Source of the DNA: Octopus vulgaris
Lineage: Eukaryota
Length of the DNA: 64,000 nt
Reading direction: 5' to 3'
NCBI GenBank assembly: GCA_951406725.2
Contig: OX597818.1
Coordinates: 112,282,001 to 112,346,000, forward strand
Part shown: one piece after another, positions 30,426 through 43,256 of the stretch
Layout: each line of letters begins with the position of its first letter
How positions within the stretch are numbered: the first letter of the stretch is position 1
The notes under the pieces: model-generated
Told to the model about the DNA's origin: nothing
Database searches by the model: none
What the model saw: only the letters and a program-made list of their open reading frames with translations
Made by a program: the position numbers and the translations under genes

Positions 30426-31995
30426 ATGCAAACCCAAACGTATGCGGGAGCGGCGAGCAAGGGCCTGGCTGCGAGCGAACTACAGTTGGAAGAAGTTATA
30501 GTCGAGAAGGAGATTTTGAAGAATTATTTCGACAGCTTGAAGAGAGAAGGTGATTGTGTGAGGGTCACACCATCTGAAGAAGAAGCGAAAAACACAGAGA
30601 AACGTATCATAACATACAGAACGTGGAGCGTGGCTTCAAAGAAAATAGAAGTGGCACCGATAGAGGAAATTGAGTGCTGTCTGGATGAAATTGAAGGAAA
30701 AGCTACCTACTACAACAGGGGCAGAAAATTTGCAACAGTGGTCGTGCATTTTAAAAACGAAGACGAAGCGAAAAGGAATGCACCGAAAAGTTTGAAAACC
30801 GAAAGATGGATATTATTACCAAGTTATTGCGGGAAAAGGGCAGTAAGGATACGAATAAGTAAGATTTAGCCGGAGCTGAATATGGAAAGGATTTTAGCGG
30901 CAGTGGTATTCAACTGCAAAGAAAACGTGGAAATATTGAAAGCGGAAAGGTGAAAAGAAGTAAAGTGGAGGGGTTATGCGGTGCAGGCATTAGTCCACAT
31001 TACCATGCCTGACCTGTACAACGTCCCGGAGGAGTTGGTGTTCCCCGACGAAACACGTCTCAGAGTCGTGGTGGAGGGGAGACCCCCTGTGTGTTATAAA
31101 TGTAAAATTAGAGGCCACATGAAGGATGTGTGTCCGGAAAAAAGAGTACAGGAGGAGAAGATAACATTGGAGGCTCGGACGGAGGAGCGGCAAATGACGG
31201 ATGTGGAGGAGGAATGTGAGAATGCAGAGGATGTGGAAAGTGGTGAAGTGTTGGAGAAAGAAAAGGAAAGAACAGAAGAGAGAAAGAGAACGAGGGTGGA
31301 ATCACCACTTAAAGTTCAAAAAAAGAAAAAAAACCAAAGGGAAGAAAAATACGAAATGGAAGATCGAACGTGCGAAGATAAGGAAGCAAAAGAAAAAGAG
31401 AAAGAACAGACAGGCCAAGAATGGGAAACAAGAGTGAAAGAGCAGTTGGAAGCATGTAAAGAGGGAAGAAGACCCGAAGGAAAAAATCTTAAAGCAGTAA
31501 TATTGTATATGAAAAACAAAGAAATCGAAAAGAAGCTGGCAGGTAAGAAAGGTTTAATCAGAGTTAAGTTGAACCCAGAAATATTTGGTGACCAAGTGAA
31601 GTCAGCGGTAGTAGAGAAAGGCGGCGAGCTGGCAGAAACGTTAGCACGCCGGATGAAATGCTTAGCGGTATTTCGTCTGTCGTTACGTTGTGAGTTCAAA
31701 TTCCGCCGAGGTTGACTTTGCCTTTCATCCTTTCGGGGTCGATAAATTAAGTACCAGTTCCGCACTGGGGTCGATGTAATCGACTTAATACCTATGTCTG
31801 TCCTTGTTTGTCCCCTTTATGTTTAGCCCCTTGTGGGTAATAAAGAAATAGGTAGTAGAGAAAGAGACATTTTACAAATTGAGAGATATGTTTTTCGGTG
31901 TATATGAAATGCAATATATACGTTACGACACTTTGCCGGCTGTTATAAACCAGATGGATTTAATAGATTACGTTACAGATGAGCGCCCGAAGTAG
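30426..31995 (+). pseudogene. L1/Tx1-type ORF1 (Gag-like, CCHC zinc knuckle), about 441 aa when reconstructed; two in-frame stops and a SINE insertion
   Basis: MQTQTYAGAA start and VVVEGRPPVCYKCKIRGHMKDVC (CX2CX4HX4C). One frame runs across TAG 30867 and TGA 30951; removing 31621-31864 restores the frame to TAG 31993-31995. Confidence 0.8.
31621..31850 (+). mobile_element. Young SINE family 2 copy with 14-bp TSD
   Basis: ggtagtagagaaag at 31607-31620 and 31851-31864; tRNA-like head with B-box gagttcaaattcc. Confidence 0.95.
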
Positions 31996-32233
31996 CAGAA
32001 TTGTATACGAAATTGTAAAATTGTAAAAACTGTATTTTAAATGAAACTGCGAGTTTTGGGGGGCTCGTAAGCCGTTCCATCTAATTCATTATAAATATTC
32101 ATTTTCACCTCATATTTTTCGATTTTTTCAAATTTATGTACCCCACGTCCTGTTTTGTAATGTCCCCTCTTAATTCAGGCCTTAGTGCCTATAATAAAGA
32201 TTTCGGTAGCGACACCTGCTGGGTCTGACTACG

Positions 32234-32274
32234 CTGCATTGATAAAGGGCAACGACCCTGAAATATGTCTGTAG
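32234..32274 (+). ncRNA. Minimal type I hammerhead ribozyme, U3-A8 variant
   Basis: CTGCA-TTGATAA-AGGG caacga CCCT-GAAA-tATG-TC-TGTAG; 5-bp stem I, 4-bp stem II, GUC site. Confidence 0.7.
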
Positions 32275-32485
32275 ATGTCTGTCCAGCAAGGTGAAGCGTT
32301 TGACCTCCCCTGTTCGAAGGTTGTAATGGACGCAGGTTCGTGTGTCATATAGCTAGCTAGAGGCGATGGCCTCTTGGAGCTAATCAGCGATAGCTTTAGT
32401 CTTATATTTATGGACTGCCATATTAGTTTGGCGATAACTATTAATATATATATATATACTTATATATTTATATACATATATTTAT

Positions 32486-32547
<62 letters not shown>

Positions 32548-35059
32548 GCATATGTATATATGTATATATGTATATATAAAATAAGTGTTATAACACTATT
32601 TCACATACCCCAAAACAACCATACCAACAATCCAACATACGTCCATCATCAGCTGCTCCACATATATCATTATGGTTTCGACCCCTGGACAGTGCCATTC
32701 AATTCGTCAGTGTCAACACCATTAAAAGAACTGTTGTTTGGGAACAAACATGCCAAGACAAACCATAACTTACAAACATATTTACAGCAGCATTCTAGCT
32801 AAATATAAGCAGAATTAAACACTAACGACGTGTGTGTGCACCAACCTATGTGATGCATGTTTGCTCTGATAAAAGAATTTGTATTAAAGTGATGTTAGAG
32901 AAGATAAAAGGCTTTATCAAATTATAAATAAAAATAAGAAATATAGAAATGAATTTTATGTCTATCAAGCTAGATATCAAAGAGTTAGTAACAAAATTAA
33001 TAGCTGATAGATTAAAATGGCAGGTTTTGGCGTCCCTTTTAAATATATCTATTGCCCATATAATAAAGTAAATTTCAGGGGGAACCCTAAATGTAAATTA
33101 GTGATCCCAGAACTGACACAGACCGGTATAGTTGTAAAGAAAGATAAAAAAATTATTTCAGGGTAAATCATTATGGTGCAATATTTTTGAAGCGGCGATA
33201 TCTTTTCGCGGGTTAAAAGAAAAGAAAATACTGTGGGTTCACGCAGTTCTATGTAGTTAATATATCCTTAAACAACCGACAATTTGTTAATGAAGGCTAT
33301 AAATGACGCGTAAACAGTCACATACATTAATGAACGAGAAGTGCAAGTGATGATAAACATAAGAAAATCACTGCGGTAATTTGGAAACGATATTTGAGGA
33401 ATGAAAAGCGAGGATGGGTTGTTTGATGTATCTACCAGTGAGAATATATGATGGAAATTGAGTGGAAGTTTAGGGATATATATTCTAGATTTGTCTATGA
33501 GAAGTTTTCCTGAAATAGATTGTTTTATATCAAGATGATAGCCTGATTATATCGAGAAATTTTAATAGCCATACGTTTGATAGATTTTGGAAATTTTCAT
33601 GAAACAGGACACGTTATTACCAGATACGAAATTCAGAAACACACGTTTTATAAACACTAAAATGAAACCTGATTAAAATACTTTAAACTAAATGAGATTG
33701 TGAGCGAACATACATAGAATCGATTCGCCAACGTAGCCTCTTGAGGAACTTGAATGACAACGGCAGTAAAAAAAAAAAAAACTATTCTTGATATCTTCCA
33801 ATAAAACTGCCTTTATGGGCAGCTGAATAATAATTAGGTACTCAGAAATGGTGAATTCTCCAATAAAATCATTACACGAAACAAAACGAGAATCTATAGA
33901 GTAGGAGTAAGAATAGGAAAAGGAAAATTTCGATTGATAAAACCCAGTGTTCAGAATAGCAGTAGGAGCAAATATAGACTGATTTCTTAATCTAATAAAT
34001 ACCATTTTCTACTGTATAATATGTATCGTAACATACTAAGTAAGTTAAGACTCCAGTTTATCAAAGTTTCTCTTGTTATATCAGGGAATATAATGCTTGA
34101 AATTAATTATAAAGATAAGCAAACTGTTAGCCAACAACGATCAACATCGGAAAAATTCGTGGATAGTGCACGCAAGATATTAATTGTTTCGCTCAGAAAA
34201 TAATCTACATCGCTGAAGTAGAAAAAACAACTGAGATGACCCTGAAATATATATTAGGGTAACTAATAAGTCAATTAAATTTCTTCTTAGTAATATTCTG
34301 CATCTTCCTACAGTAAACACCTATGCATTTGTCAATCAAATATTGTTCATATTTCGTAAATAATTTTCGCTGATAATGGCAAACTAACTTATCGATTTAA
34401 ATTTGTTTTAAAGTACACCAAGTATCGCTGGCAATTGTTATTAAAAAGTGTTTTGTGATCGACATGTATCGACCGATATGGAAAATGTAATTTGCCAACT
34501 TAACATGGCAGTCCTAGTTCCTAAACCACGAATGCCATGTTATGTTGGCAAATTATCTCTACTCCAAAGTACTGTTGCTGAATAATCTCTCGTTGTGAGA
34601 TTTACAAATATTTTTCTAATATGGAAAATGTCGTACAAGACGATACGCACTGATTCATAAAAACTAAGTTTAATACATAAATAAATATAGCAATACAAAT
34701 ATTTCCTTGTTAAGGACTTGGTGGGGAATATGTTAATGGTGCTTGACGTTGGCTGTTATGTGTATTTCTCCTGAAATTTATGGCTGTTGCAACAAGGACT
34801 GTGTAGTAAATCCCGCAGGTATTTATGGCCGTGATTATGAAAGAATTTTGTGCAAGAATTCGTTGTCTAATCCCTACAGTGCATGTCTAGCGTATCTTTG
34901 AAATTTTCGTACACGTCCATTTAGATTCGTTTCGATATTCCTTGAAAAATATGGATAATCCGATATATAGGTTATCGGAAGTGATTCTATGATCATGTTT
35001 CGTTTGATTACGGACGGTTTTCAAGCGTAATGCTACAAGCGTTCGTGGACTGCAAACGA

Positions 35060-35420
35060 AAGTTGCCGACAAACGTTCACAATTTTCGTTTGCACCGACA
35101 AATGATTTTTATAGTATATTTTCGAATCTTTGAACCCGGATAGAAAGCAATTCCTGTCAACTGTTCAATTCCCAGTTCACAACAAACATGCTTTAATTTA
35201 GATGATGTAAATTGAATTCCGTTGTGAGATATAATTTTCTCGAGCAATCCTTTAAAGATAAATACATTACCAGGTATTGTGAATGTTTGATTAGAAGGCG
35301 TTGATGTCAATTCGACATATGGTGATTCCGAGAAGGAATCAATAAAATAAACCATATTTTATCGGAAAAGGCTTCGGCTTATTCGATAAATACTAGTTGC
35401 TTTATTCCAGATGCTTTGGG
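35060..35420 (-). pseudogene. Degenerate Ty3/Gypsy integrase core fragment
   Basis: FIDSFS..GLLEKIISHNGIQFTSSKLKHVCCELGIEQL matches the IDSFSK..GLPE.IVSDNG.QFTS..F....GI.H integrase pattern. Confidence 0.75.
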
Positions 35421-36489
35421 CCATTTATTATATTCTTCATGTTATGTATTGCCAATTCATTAACAGCGAGTTCATGAATTGATTATTGTATTTATATCGA
35501 ATTGTATTACAGTCAATATTGGAATCTCCGACTCATTTGTTTTATTCAGACCATACTTCTGTGAAAATGAAGCAGTTAAGCCACCATTTAATTTTGGAAT
35601 ATTTTCAAAATTAATATTGTGGGAAAAGTTTGAGTACAAATTTAATAAATCCCCATGATGATAATTAATTGCATCAACATTTATCCAATATTCTCTTCAA
35701 TGTTTGTCTTCAATATATTTTAATTTTTTGGTCAAACATTCTCGGTGAATTGTTTAATTTGAAAAAGATGGTCACGAATTCCATGAGTGATTCAATCTCA
35801 TTACAACTAACTGTCATTCCATCGAGAATTTCATTAATAACACGATGCTTTTCCAACCTAGATAGAAATGATTGCATGATTTTTGCCATACTTTATCATT
35901 TTCATATGCATAAGCAGTTTCTGTTTCTCCAAAGCGTCATATCCCAATACACAATGTTATTCAACGTTGAAGAGCGTGGTAACTAAATTAAAGCATATAT
36001 TTTGCCGGAGAGGAATAGAGTTTTAAAGGCTTGTTAAATCAAATATCCTAACGGTTGCATGTAATAAATAAAGCCTTTTATTGCTATCTTAGGCGAGTGA
36101 GCCAACACCCGTGTAAAAGCATTTACAACGTCGTACCAGAACACTTTCCACTCAACCGTGAAGAGAGCTGCTATCAGTATCACTTGGGAGCTTTAATTAT
36201 AGTGCGTATTCACAAATTAATTGTCTAATGACCCAGAACAGCAAATCTTTGTGGCCATACCTCTGAAGACTTAAATTAATTGTTCTTTATCGTTCACTCA
36301 TATGAAAATCTAAATATGTTAGATTCTTACTCAAAGTCTAATAATACCTTAATTCCGACATAATTTGTAGCAAATTAAAAATGAGTTGACTTATATTCTT
36401 ACAAGCATGTATATACTTACATATACATAGATACATACGCATACACACATACATGCATCATATACTTTTCAAAATGTAACCCACATGTG

Positions 36490-36644
36490 AATCGTTGACG
36501 ATTTTTCCCCTCCGTCTTCCTTTTCTCTTGGACTTTACTCTGTCGCTTGTTTCTGAAGAAGAGCTTTGCTCGAAACGTAAAACCACCTTTCTTTCCTTTC
36601 CTGAGCGTCTGCTATTATTTTACAAGTACCATGTCCTCGCGTTG

Positions 36645-36711
<67 letters not shown>

Positions 36712-36946
36712 GTATATATATATATATGTATATACATATATAATATCTCCCACCCACGCCAAAAAAACACAACGAAGATCAAACACAAAAGAATAACAAT
36801 GCGAGGACGTGGTACATGTAAAATATTAGCAGACACAAAGGGAAGGAAAGAAAGGTGGTTTAACCTTTCGAGCAAAGCTCTTCTTCAGAAACTGGAGACA
36901 GAGTAAAGTCCAATAGAAAAGGAAGACGGAGGGGAAAAGTGCGATT
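36490..36946. mobile_element. Fold-back element: two inverted about 150-bp arms each carrying a minimal hammerhead, separated by (TA)n
   Basis: 36501-36648 is the reverse complement of about 36790-36938. Confidence 0.8.
36549..36583 (+). ncRNA. Minimal type I hammerhead ribozyme (PLE-type)
   Basis: GTTT-CTGAAGA-a-GAGC ttt GCTC-GAAA-CG-TA-AAAC; palindromic ACGT in place of stem III. Confidence 0.65.
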
Positions 36947-37156
36947 AGAAATCGCCATAAATTACAAAGGTGCGAATGTTTTGGTACGCTTGAGTTGTAC
37001 ATGTGTATATATGGTTGAAGACAAAAGAAGACAATACGTTAAATGAAATATAACAGTAACATCATTATTTTTGGTTTATAAACAATACCTCAAAAATTTT
37101 TTAAAAAGTGAATTGGGAATATGAGGAAAAGTTTTCTAATAAATGTTAACAATAAT

Positions 37157-38245
37157 ATTCTTTTCTCCTCTAGGCACCGAGTATGGGGCCATTCGATTGG
37201 ATCGATCAGTACGCAACTGGTACTTAACTTATCAAACCCGACATGATGAAAGGCAAAATCGACCTCGGTGGAATTTGAACTCAGAACGTAACGGCAGACG
37301 AATTACCTATTTCTTTACTACCCACAAGGGGCTAAACACAGAGAGGACAAACAAGGACAGACAAAGGGATTAAGTCGATTACATCGACCTCAATGCGTAA
37401 CTGGTACTTATTTAATCGATCCCGAAAGGATGAAAGGCAAAGTCAACTTCAGCGGAATTTGAACTCAGAACGTAACAGCAGACGAAATACGGCTACGCAT
37501 TTCGCCCGGCGTGCTAACGTTTCTGCCAGCTCGCCACCTTGTTAGCAATATTATCAATGATAGAAAGGGCGGCGTGCTTGCAGAATCGTTACCATCGCGA
37601 GCAAAATGCTTGGTGATAATTCACCCGCCTTTACGTTCTGAGTTGAAGTTCTGTCGACGTCGAATTTGCCTTCCGTCATTTCAGTATCGATTAAATAATT
37701 TACAATTAATCACTTGGTTCGATGTATTCATCTTAACTTCTCCTCCTGAAATTACTTAAAAATTCTCCAGCAATTTTACTAGTGACAAGTATCGTTTTCC
37801 ATTGCGACCAGTCTATATGAATGACTGCAAGTAAAAGGGAATGTCCTTATGGTAATTGTTTTATAGCAATAGGGCGACGAGCTGGCAGAAACGTTAGCAC
37901 GCCGGGCGAAATGCTAAGCTGTATTTCGTCTGTCCCTACGTTCTGAGTTCAAATTCCGCCGAGGTCGACTTTGCCTTTCATGCTTTCGGGGTTGATTAAA
38001 TAGGTGCCAGTTACGCACTGTGGTCGATATAATCGACTTAATCCGTTTTTCTGTTCTTGTTTATCCCCCTGTGGGTAGTAAAGAAATAGGTATTTGTTTT
38101 ATAGTAATTTTACCAGATATGCAAATTTTAAGTAGGGTAATATTCTTTTCTACTCTAGGCTCAAGACCCGAAATTTTTGGGGAGGGTGTCAGTCGACTTG
38201 ATCGGCATAAGTACGCAAATGGTACTTAATTTACCCAACCCGAAA
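37157..38245. mobile_element. Cluster of five SINE family 2 copies (37157-37540 tandem pair minus; 37567-37760 plus; 37872-38091 plus; 38140-38245 minus partial)
   Basis: The family 2 core recurs in each. Confidence 0.82.
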
Positions 38246-39859
38246 GTAGGGTAGCAAATTTTAATTATAAACCTCACAAATCAATTGTTTAATAATCCAG
38301 AACATCAAATCTTTGTTGCTGTTTCTCTGATTTTATATGGAATAAAGAAATTGGTTACTGTAATACTTTAGCTTTCAGCCCAAATCTACATTTAATTAAA
38401 TTGATTACATTGTGGCATACTATTCTAATTTTCATCGCGGAAATTAATATGGATATTAGGAGGTTCGAAAACGTTATCATAATGCCATTTCTATAACCGA
38501 CGGATGTACGCATGTGTTCCACAACGATATCACTTCATACTAAGCGTTGACATCCATTGGATACGCAGTTATATCTTTAAGTATATTTTAGCCGGAGCTA
38601 ATGTGGGAAGTAGTGTGTGCAACATACGGGCCTTACCTTTCTTCTTTATTGTGAGAATTGAAAATATTTCCATCAATATGTCTGTGCGCGATTTGCGATT
38701 TCGCAAAGGTTATTCATAGAGAATGTATATATCCATAAGTTGTGTATATGTCTATGTGTATAAGCGTATGTGTCTGAATTCATTTATATATGAGCAACAG
38801 TTTGCTCTCCGGGCATACAATATGTGTCACGGCAGTTGTTCACAATACTTGATTTATGTGCAGTCAGTGGTGTTTCTTTCTGTTTCTGTTCGCAGTCAAA
38901 TATAATTTCTTGTGAGTATTAAATTATTGTGGATATCATTGATTTGCTTTGCGACTATTTTTTACAATCATGAACACAGTTGGTATTATTCCTTTGAAAC
39001 GGTTCACATGATTAATGTCGTTTCGAACACCTCCTCCCTCGTATTGCAAAGCCTCGTAATACAAGCAAAGGAATAAAGGTCTCTAATCTTGCTTTCCAAT
39101 ATCCTAAAATTGCTTTTAGGAGATTTCTCGTATTACAGGCAAAGAAACAGAAAGCTGTGTGCTTTCACAACACACATTATGTATATCTAATAGCTGGTAC
39201 TGCAAGTATGCTAATGGCACTCATAGCAATCATTTCACGCAGGTGAAGTTTTTAAAAAGGTTTGAGGCTTTTATATATGAAATACACATACATACAAACA
39301 CGTATTATTCGGAATTTCCAAAGAAGATTCTAGAAAGAAGAATTTCAATATTCACTATTTTACACTATTCATTTTTTTAAACATCTTCTCGGCTAAATAG
39401 TTTCATGTTTGGTCTTCGATTTCTCTCGATCTAGGGACATTAAGGGCACTAGGTCGAAGTTAAGTTGTATGATGATACCGGACAAGCATTCAAATCGAGG
39501 AGCACATACCGCCTTGGCGTTCAGGTCATTAAAGAAGATAATATGCTGACTACTCTTGGTCCACTTACTTTGTATTAGTTTCTTATTTATGCTTTTTATC
39601 AGCGAAATCCATGGTACCATATGGCGGAAATGCCGATCATATAACAGCGTAAACTATGTGTCTGCCCATTCATAATTATTGTTTTATTGAAGCTTTACAA
39701 CCAAGCTGTACATGTCAACAATAGGGTGTCGAAACAAAGACAGTTTGTCATTTTTCCTATTAAAGAGCAAAAATGGATTCATCTGAGCAAAGAAAGCTAA
39801 TCATTGGTCCTGTAGAATTTCAAAATATACTATGTAGAGTTGCATTTTTAAGGCGAAAT

Positions 39860-40307
39860 ATTTCACTTATCGTAATGCATAAGGTGGGATACCGATGTTC
39901 GAAGAAAGGCCCATCATTGAAAAATCTTCTGTTTATGGAGGACCAGAAATTGTTTGAGAAATCTGGAAAACAGATAGATTCCTTGCTCAAAACAGTCCAG
40001 AAGTGTGGTAGGGACATCGGTATGGAATTTGGGATTAGCAAATGCTCAGAACGTAATATGAAACGATGGAAGAAAGTATCCTGTAGAGGATTACGGTTAT
40101 CATCAGGAGAGACCATGGGAGAACCTGACGGTAGTGGATATAGTTATCTAGGGATTTGGGAGCGGAAGACGACACTCTACACAGAGAAATGCAAGTCAAG
40201 ATCAACGAGACGTACCAAAAAAGGGAGAAGATGGTGATGAAATCCAACCTGAATGCAAACATTTGATTACCGCAATGAATATCTGGGCAGTTGCGGTGAT
40301 CAGATAT
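39860..40307 (+). pseudogene. Old Dong/R4 RT fragment
   Basis: NLLFMEDQKLF (HLLFMDDLKLY motif), DIGMEFGISKC and YSYLGI. Confidence 0.8.
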
Positions 40308-40867
40308 AGATGTTTGGTCTCGTGACTAGCAGGAACCGATTAGATTTTGGAATCGATCCTCTACCGATTATTTTTGCTGTTTTTCTTTTTTTTACTTAAT
40401 TTTTGAGAGCGGTCGGATTTATTTGTAGTATTCTCTCTTGTGAGAGCATTCGAATTTATTTAAGAAATTCTCGTTTTAAAACTCATCTCCGTTTAATCAT
40501 TGCCTTGGCGGAGATTTGCGCTCTGTTAGTGATCTTGTTTTTATTGTTTTTAGTCGTGTTTGTTTGCTCGTGGACAAGATAACTGAAGAACCGCTGGATG
40601 GATTCGGATGAAGCTTTCAGAGATGTTTGGCCTCGTGTGACTGGCACGAATTGATTAGATTCTGGGATCGATCCGGTACCTAACAAGGATTCTGGTTTAC
40701 TTTTACTGATTGTTTTTACTTAATTTTTGAGAGCGGCCAGTCTCATCTTTAGTATTCTCGTTTGTGAGAGCAGTCAAATTTATTTCTGATATTCTCATTT
40801 TAAAAATCGTTTAGAGATCTTTTGTGTTGCCTTGGCAGAGGTTTGCACTCCCTGAGTGCTCTTGTTA
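40308..40867 (+). mobile_element. Two tandem partial copies of a Helentron-associated (HINE/DINE-like) non-autonomous element
   Basis: Duplicated agatgtttggc/tctcgtg..gatcgatcc; each copy ends ttgccttggc(g/a)gag.tttgc with a short hairpin (gcactc-ct-gagtgc in the second copy) before ttgtt. Confidence 0.55.
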
Positions 40868-41039
40868 TTATCATTTTTTACTTCATACAGATAGTCTGCA
40901 ATTCTTCCAATAAAATCAATTTTTGACTAATATCTCTTATAAACAAAATACCGTTACGGAAGGAATTGTGAAAATCTGGATTTTAGATGACTTATTGAAA
41001 AAAAAACAAGCAAAACCATTTAAATAGAAATAGTAATCT

Positions 41040-41405
41040 TCGTGGCACTTTGTCTGTTACGACGACGAGGGTTCCAGTTGATCCGATCAACGGGACAGCT
41101 TGCTCGTGAAATGAGCACTCCACAGACATGTGAACCCTTACCGTAGTTCTCGGGGAGATTCAGCTTGACACAGAGTGTGACATGGCTAGCCTCTTTGAAA
41201 TACAGGTACAATAGAAAGAGGAAGAAAGAGTGATAGAAAGTTGTTGTGAAAGAATACAACAGGGTTCGCCACCACATCCTGCCGGTGCGTCGTGGAGCTT
41301 TAGGTGTTTTCGCTCAATAAACACTCACAACACTCGGTCTGGAAATCGAAATCGCGATCCCATGACCGCTAGTCAGCTGCCCTACCCACTGGGCCATTGC
41401 ACCTC
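41040..41405 (-). mobile_element. tRNA-derived SINE family 3, near full length
   Basis: Minus-strand head gaggtgcaatggcccagtgggtagggc..gatttcgatttcc; the flanks repeat gaaatagtaat (TSD-like). Confidence 0.82.
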
Positions 41406-43105
41406 CTCGGAAATAGTAATAATAGAAATTTTAAAAAAGTAGATGTATCTCTGGTTAAAATAAAGAAAAAATAAGCTTTGCAGAGTAGCAACAGTGTTTG
41501 TTATATCTAAATTTATGTATTAAAACATTTTGTTAAGACTTTATACGCTATGATTGTCATCTTCAAAGCATTGAATTTCATCTTCACTGATGCTGTTTTG
41601 GAAACTTAGAACATTTTTCTTTAATCTTGATATATTTATAATTTTAGAAATTTTTGAAGTTTTTCCTCACTTCATCTCACACCTACATTGTAAGCTAATG
41701 TCTTTTCCGATCCGTCTACAGCATTACTAATACTAAACTTTCAAGTATTTGTCAGTAATCTCTTCCCATGTATCTTATTATGATGCCTTAAATGAGTTGC
41801 GTAATGGTGCCGCGGTGGCTGTCCTCATAACTTGAATAGGAGTATATTCATCATGAGTTGGATTGTTTATATTCTGAAGACTAGATTACATGCAGATAAA
41901 TGAAAACTAGATTACATCCTAACCCATTCTACATACACAGAAGAAACTTTGACAGGGATGGTAGCAGAAACAAACTTAAAGGCTGCAGTTAAGATCTGAA
42001 TCAATCAGGTACCGTTTGGTTTATAATCCCGTCGATTCAACTCCGTTGCTTGCGTCAGATAAGATATAAACGCATCCACTGCTCTTGAAGATGCCATTTC
42101 ATCATAATTCAGGAGATTTTATGCATATATTTTCGCTCAAAAAATTCATTCCATCTAGATATATTCAGTTATGCGATTTATTGAAGCTGTTCTCTTTTGC
42201 AAAGAGATTTTCTTCTAAATACCATCAACGGCGGTACCTGCTGTTTCATCTGCAGTGTTTACGAATGCAACAGTTCAGTACGATCTTTTCATTCTTTCAG
42301 ATTTTTGACCTTTGCGGCTATGATGTATATAATTTAGCAGCTATATTTTTTGTTAACTGTAGGTTTTGCTTCATACTCATATATCTTACCATATTTTCAA
42401 ATCAATATATTCGACAGGTTTACCAATGAATTAATATCGCATCCTAATGACGGCTCCAGTTCCTATAGATCCCCTGTGCAAGCATTTCACATTAAAGGAC
42501 CATGTCCTCCCATACAACTCACATTTTACACTTAGCTGAGATATCTTACGTATCTATATCATTTTGATGTATCTTCTTACGATTGTTTGATCCTTCGCAG
42601 TATCAGGTCTTCGTACTTAAAACCCTATGTTCAGTTCATTGAAACTGCTCCAGATCTCCAGATCTTTCCCTAACATTTTCTCTTCATACCGTTGTTTTCC
42701 AGCTCCAAAGACTTACTTCAATTCCTTCAGCTAACCTCTTCTCTCTTCGTACTACCTTCATAAACGCCTCCTCACTATCGGATGCCTACTTAATAAACAA
42801 TTCTACTATTCTTCTACACATTTACTAACGATTATTGATTATCTTAACTTATGCTTTCTGCAGAAATATAACCTGCTAACGTCTAAATGAAGAATAATTT
42901 CTCTGTGGAAGACTTCGAGTTCTACACTACAGACGAAAGAACAAGGAACAAAACAAGGTTTTTGCTATTCAGATAAAAAATATAACAATGCGCCGATGAA
43001 ACATGGAACGAAAGTAATTTCATTAAGGGCAACGACGTCATGTTTGCGAAACAGAAATTCACCCAAATATAGAGTTTCAAATACTTAAGAGATAATGAAT
43101 CTTAC

Positions 43106-43106
<1 letters not shown>

Positions 43107-43173
<67 letters not shown>

Positions 43174-43202
43174 TGATGATGATAATATTAATAATAATGA
43201 TG

Positions 43203-43256
<54 letters not shown>

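Larger units (their letters stand above)
30292..32202 (+). mobile_element. ORF1-only non-autonomous L1/Tx1-like retroelement (HAL1-like) with 17-bp TSD
   Basis: tcggtagcgacacctgc occurs at 30275-30291 and 32203-32219. There is a single Gag-like ORF, AATAAA at 32193-32198, and no ORF2. Confidence 0.8.
29648..32445. mobile_element. Non-coding PLE-pLTR/retrozyme-like element: one inverted copy (29648-29938) plus two direct copies (29938-30249 and 30250-32445, the latter interrupted), both outer ends at (TA)n
   Basis: An about 360-bp unit is repeated in inverted and tandem orientation and contains a UUGAUAA-type hammerhead. Confidence 0.8.

Noticed and set aside
32640-32720. Minus-strand CTGACGA...GAAAC and CTGATGA near a (TA)n
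   Set aside because: Consistent stems I-III and a UH site could not be built.
33290-34010. Possible highly decayed mariner-like sequence
   Set aside because: Only vague motif resemblance; no TIR or catalytic motif could be supported.
42500-42800. Possible decayed LINE fragment on the minus strand
   Set aside because: Purine-skewed composition only; no readable motif.
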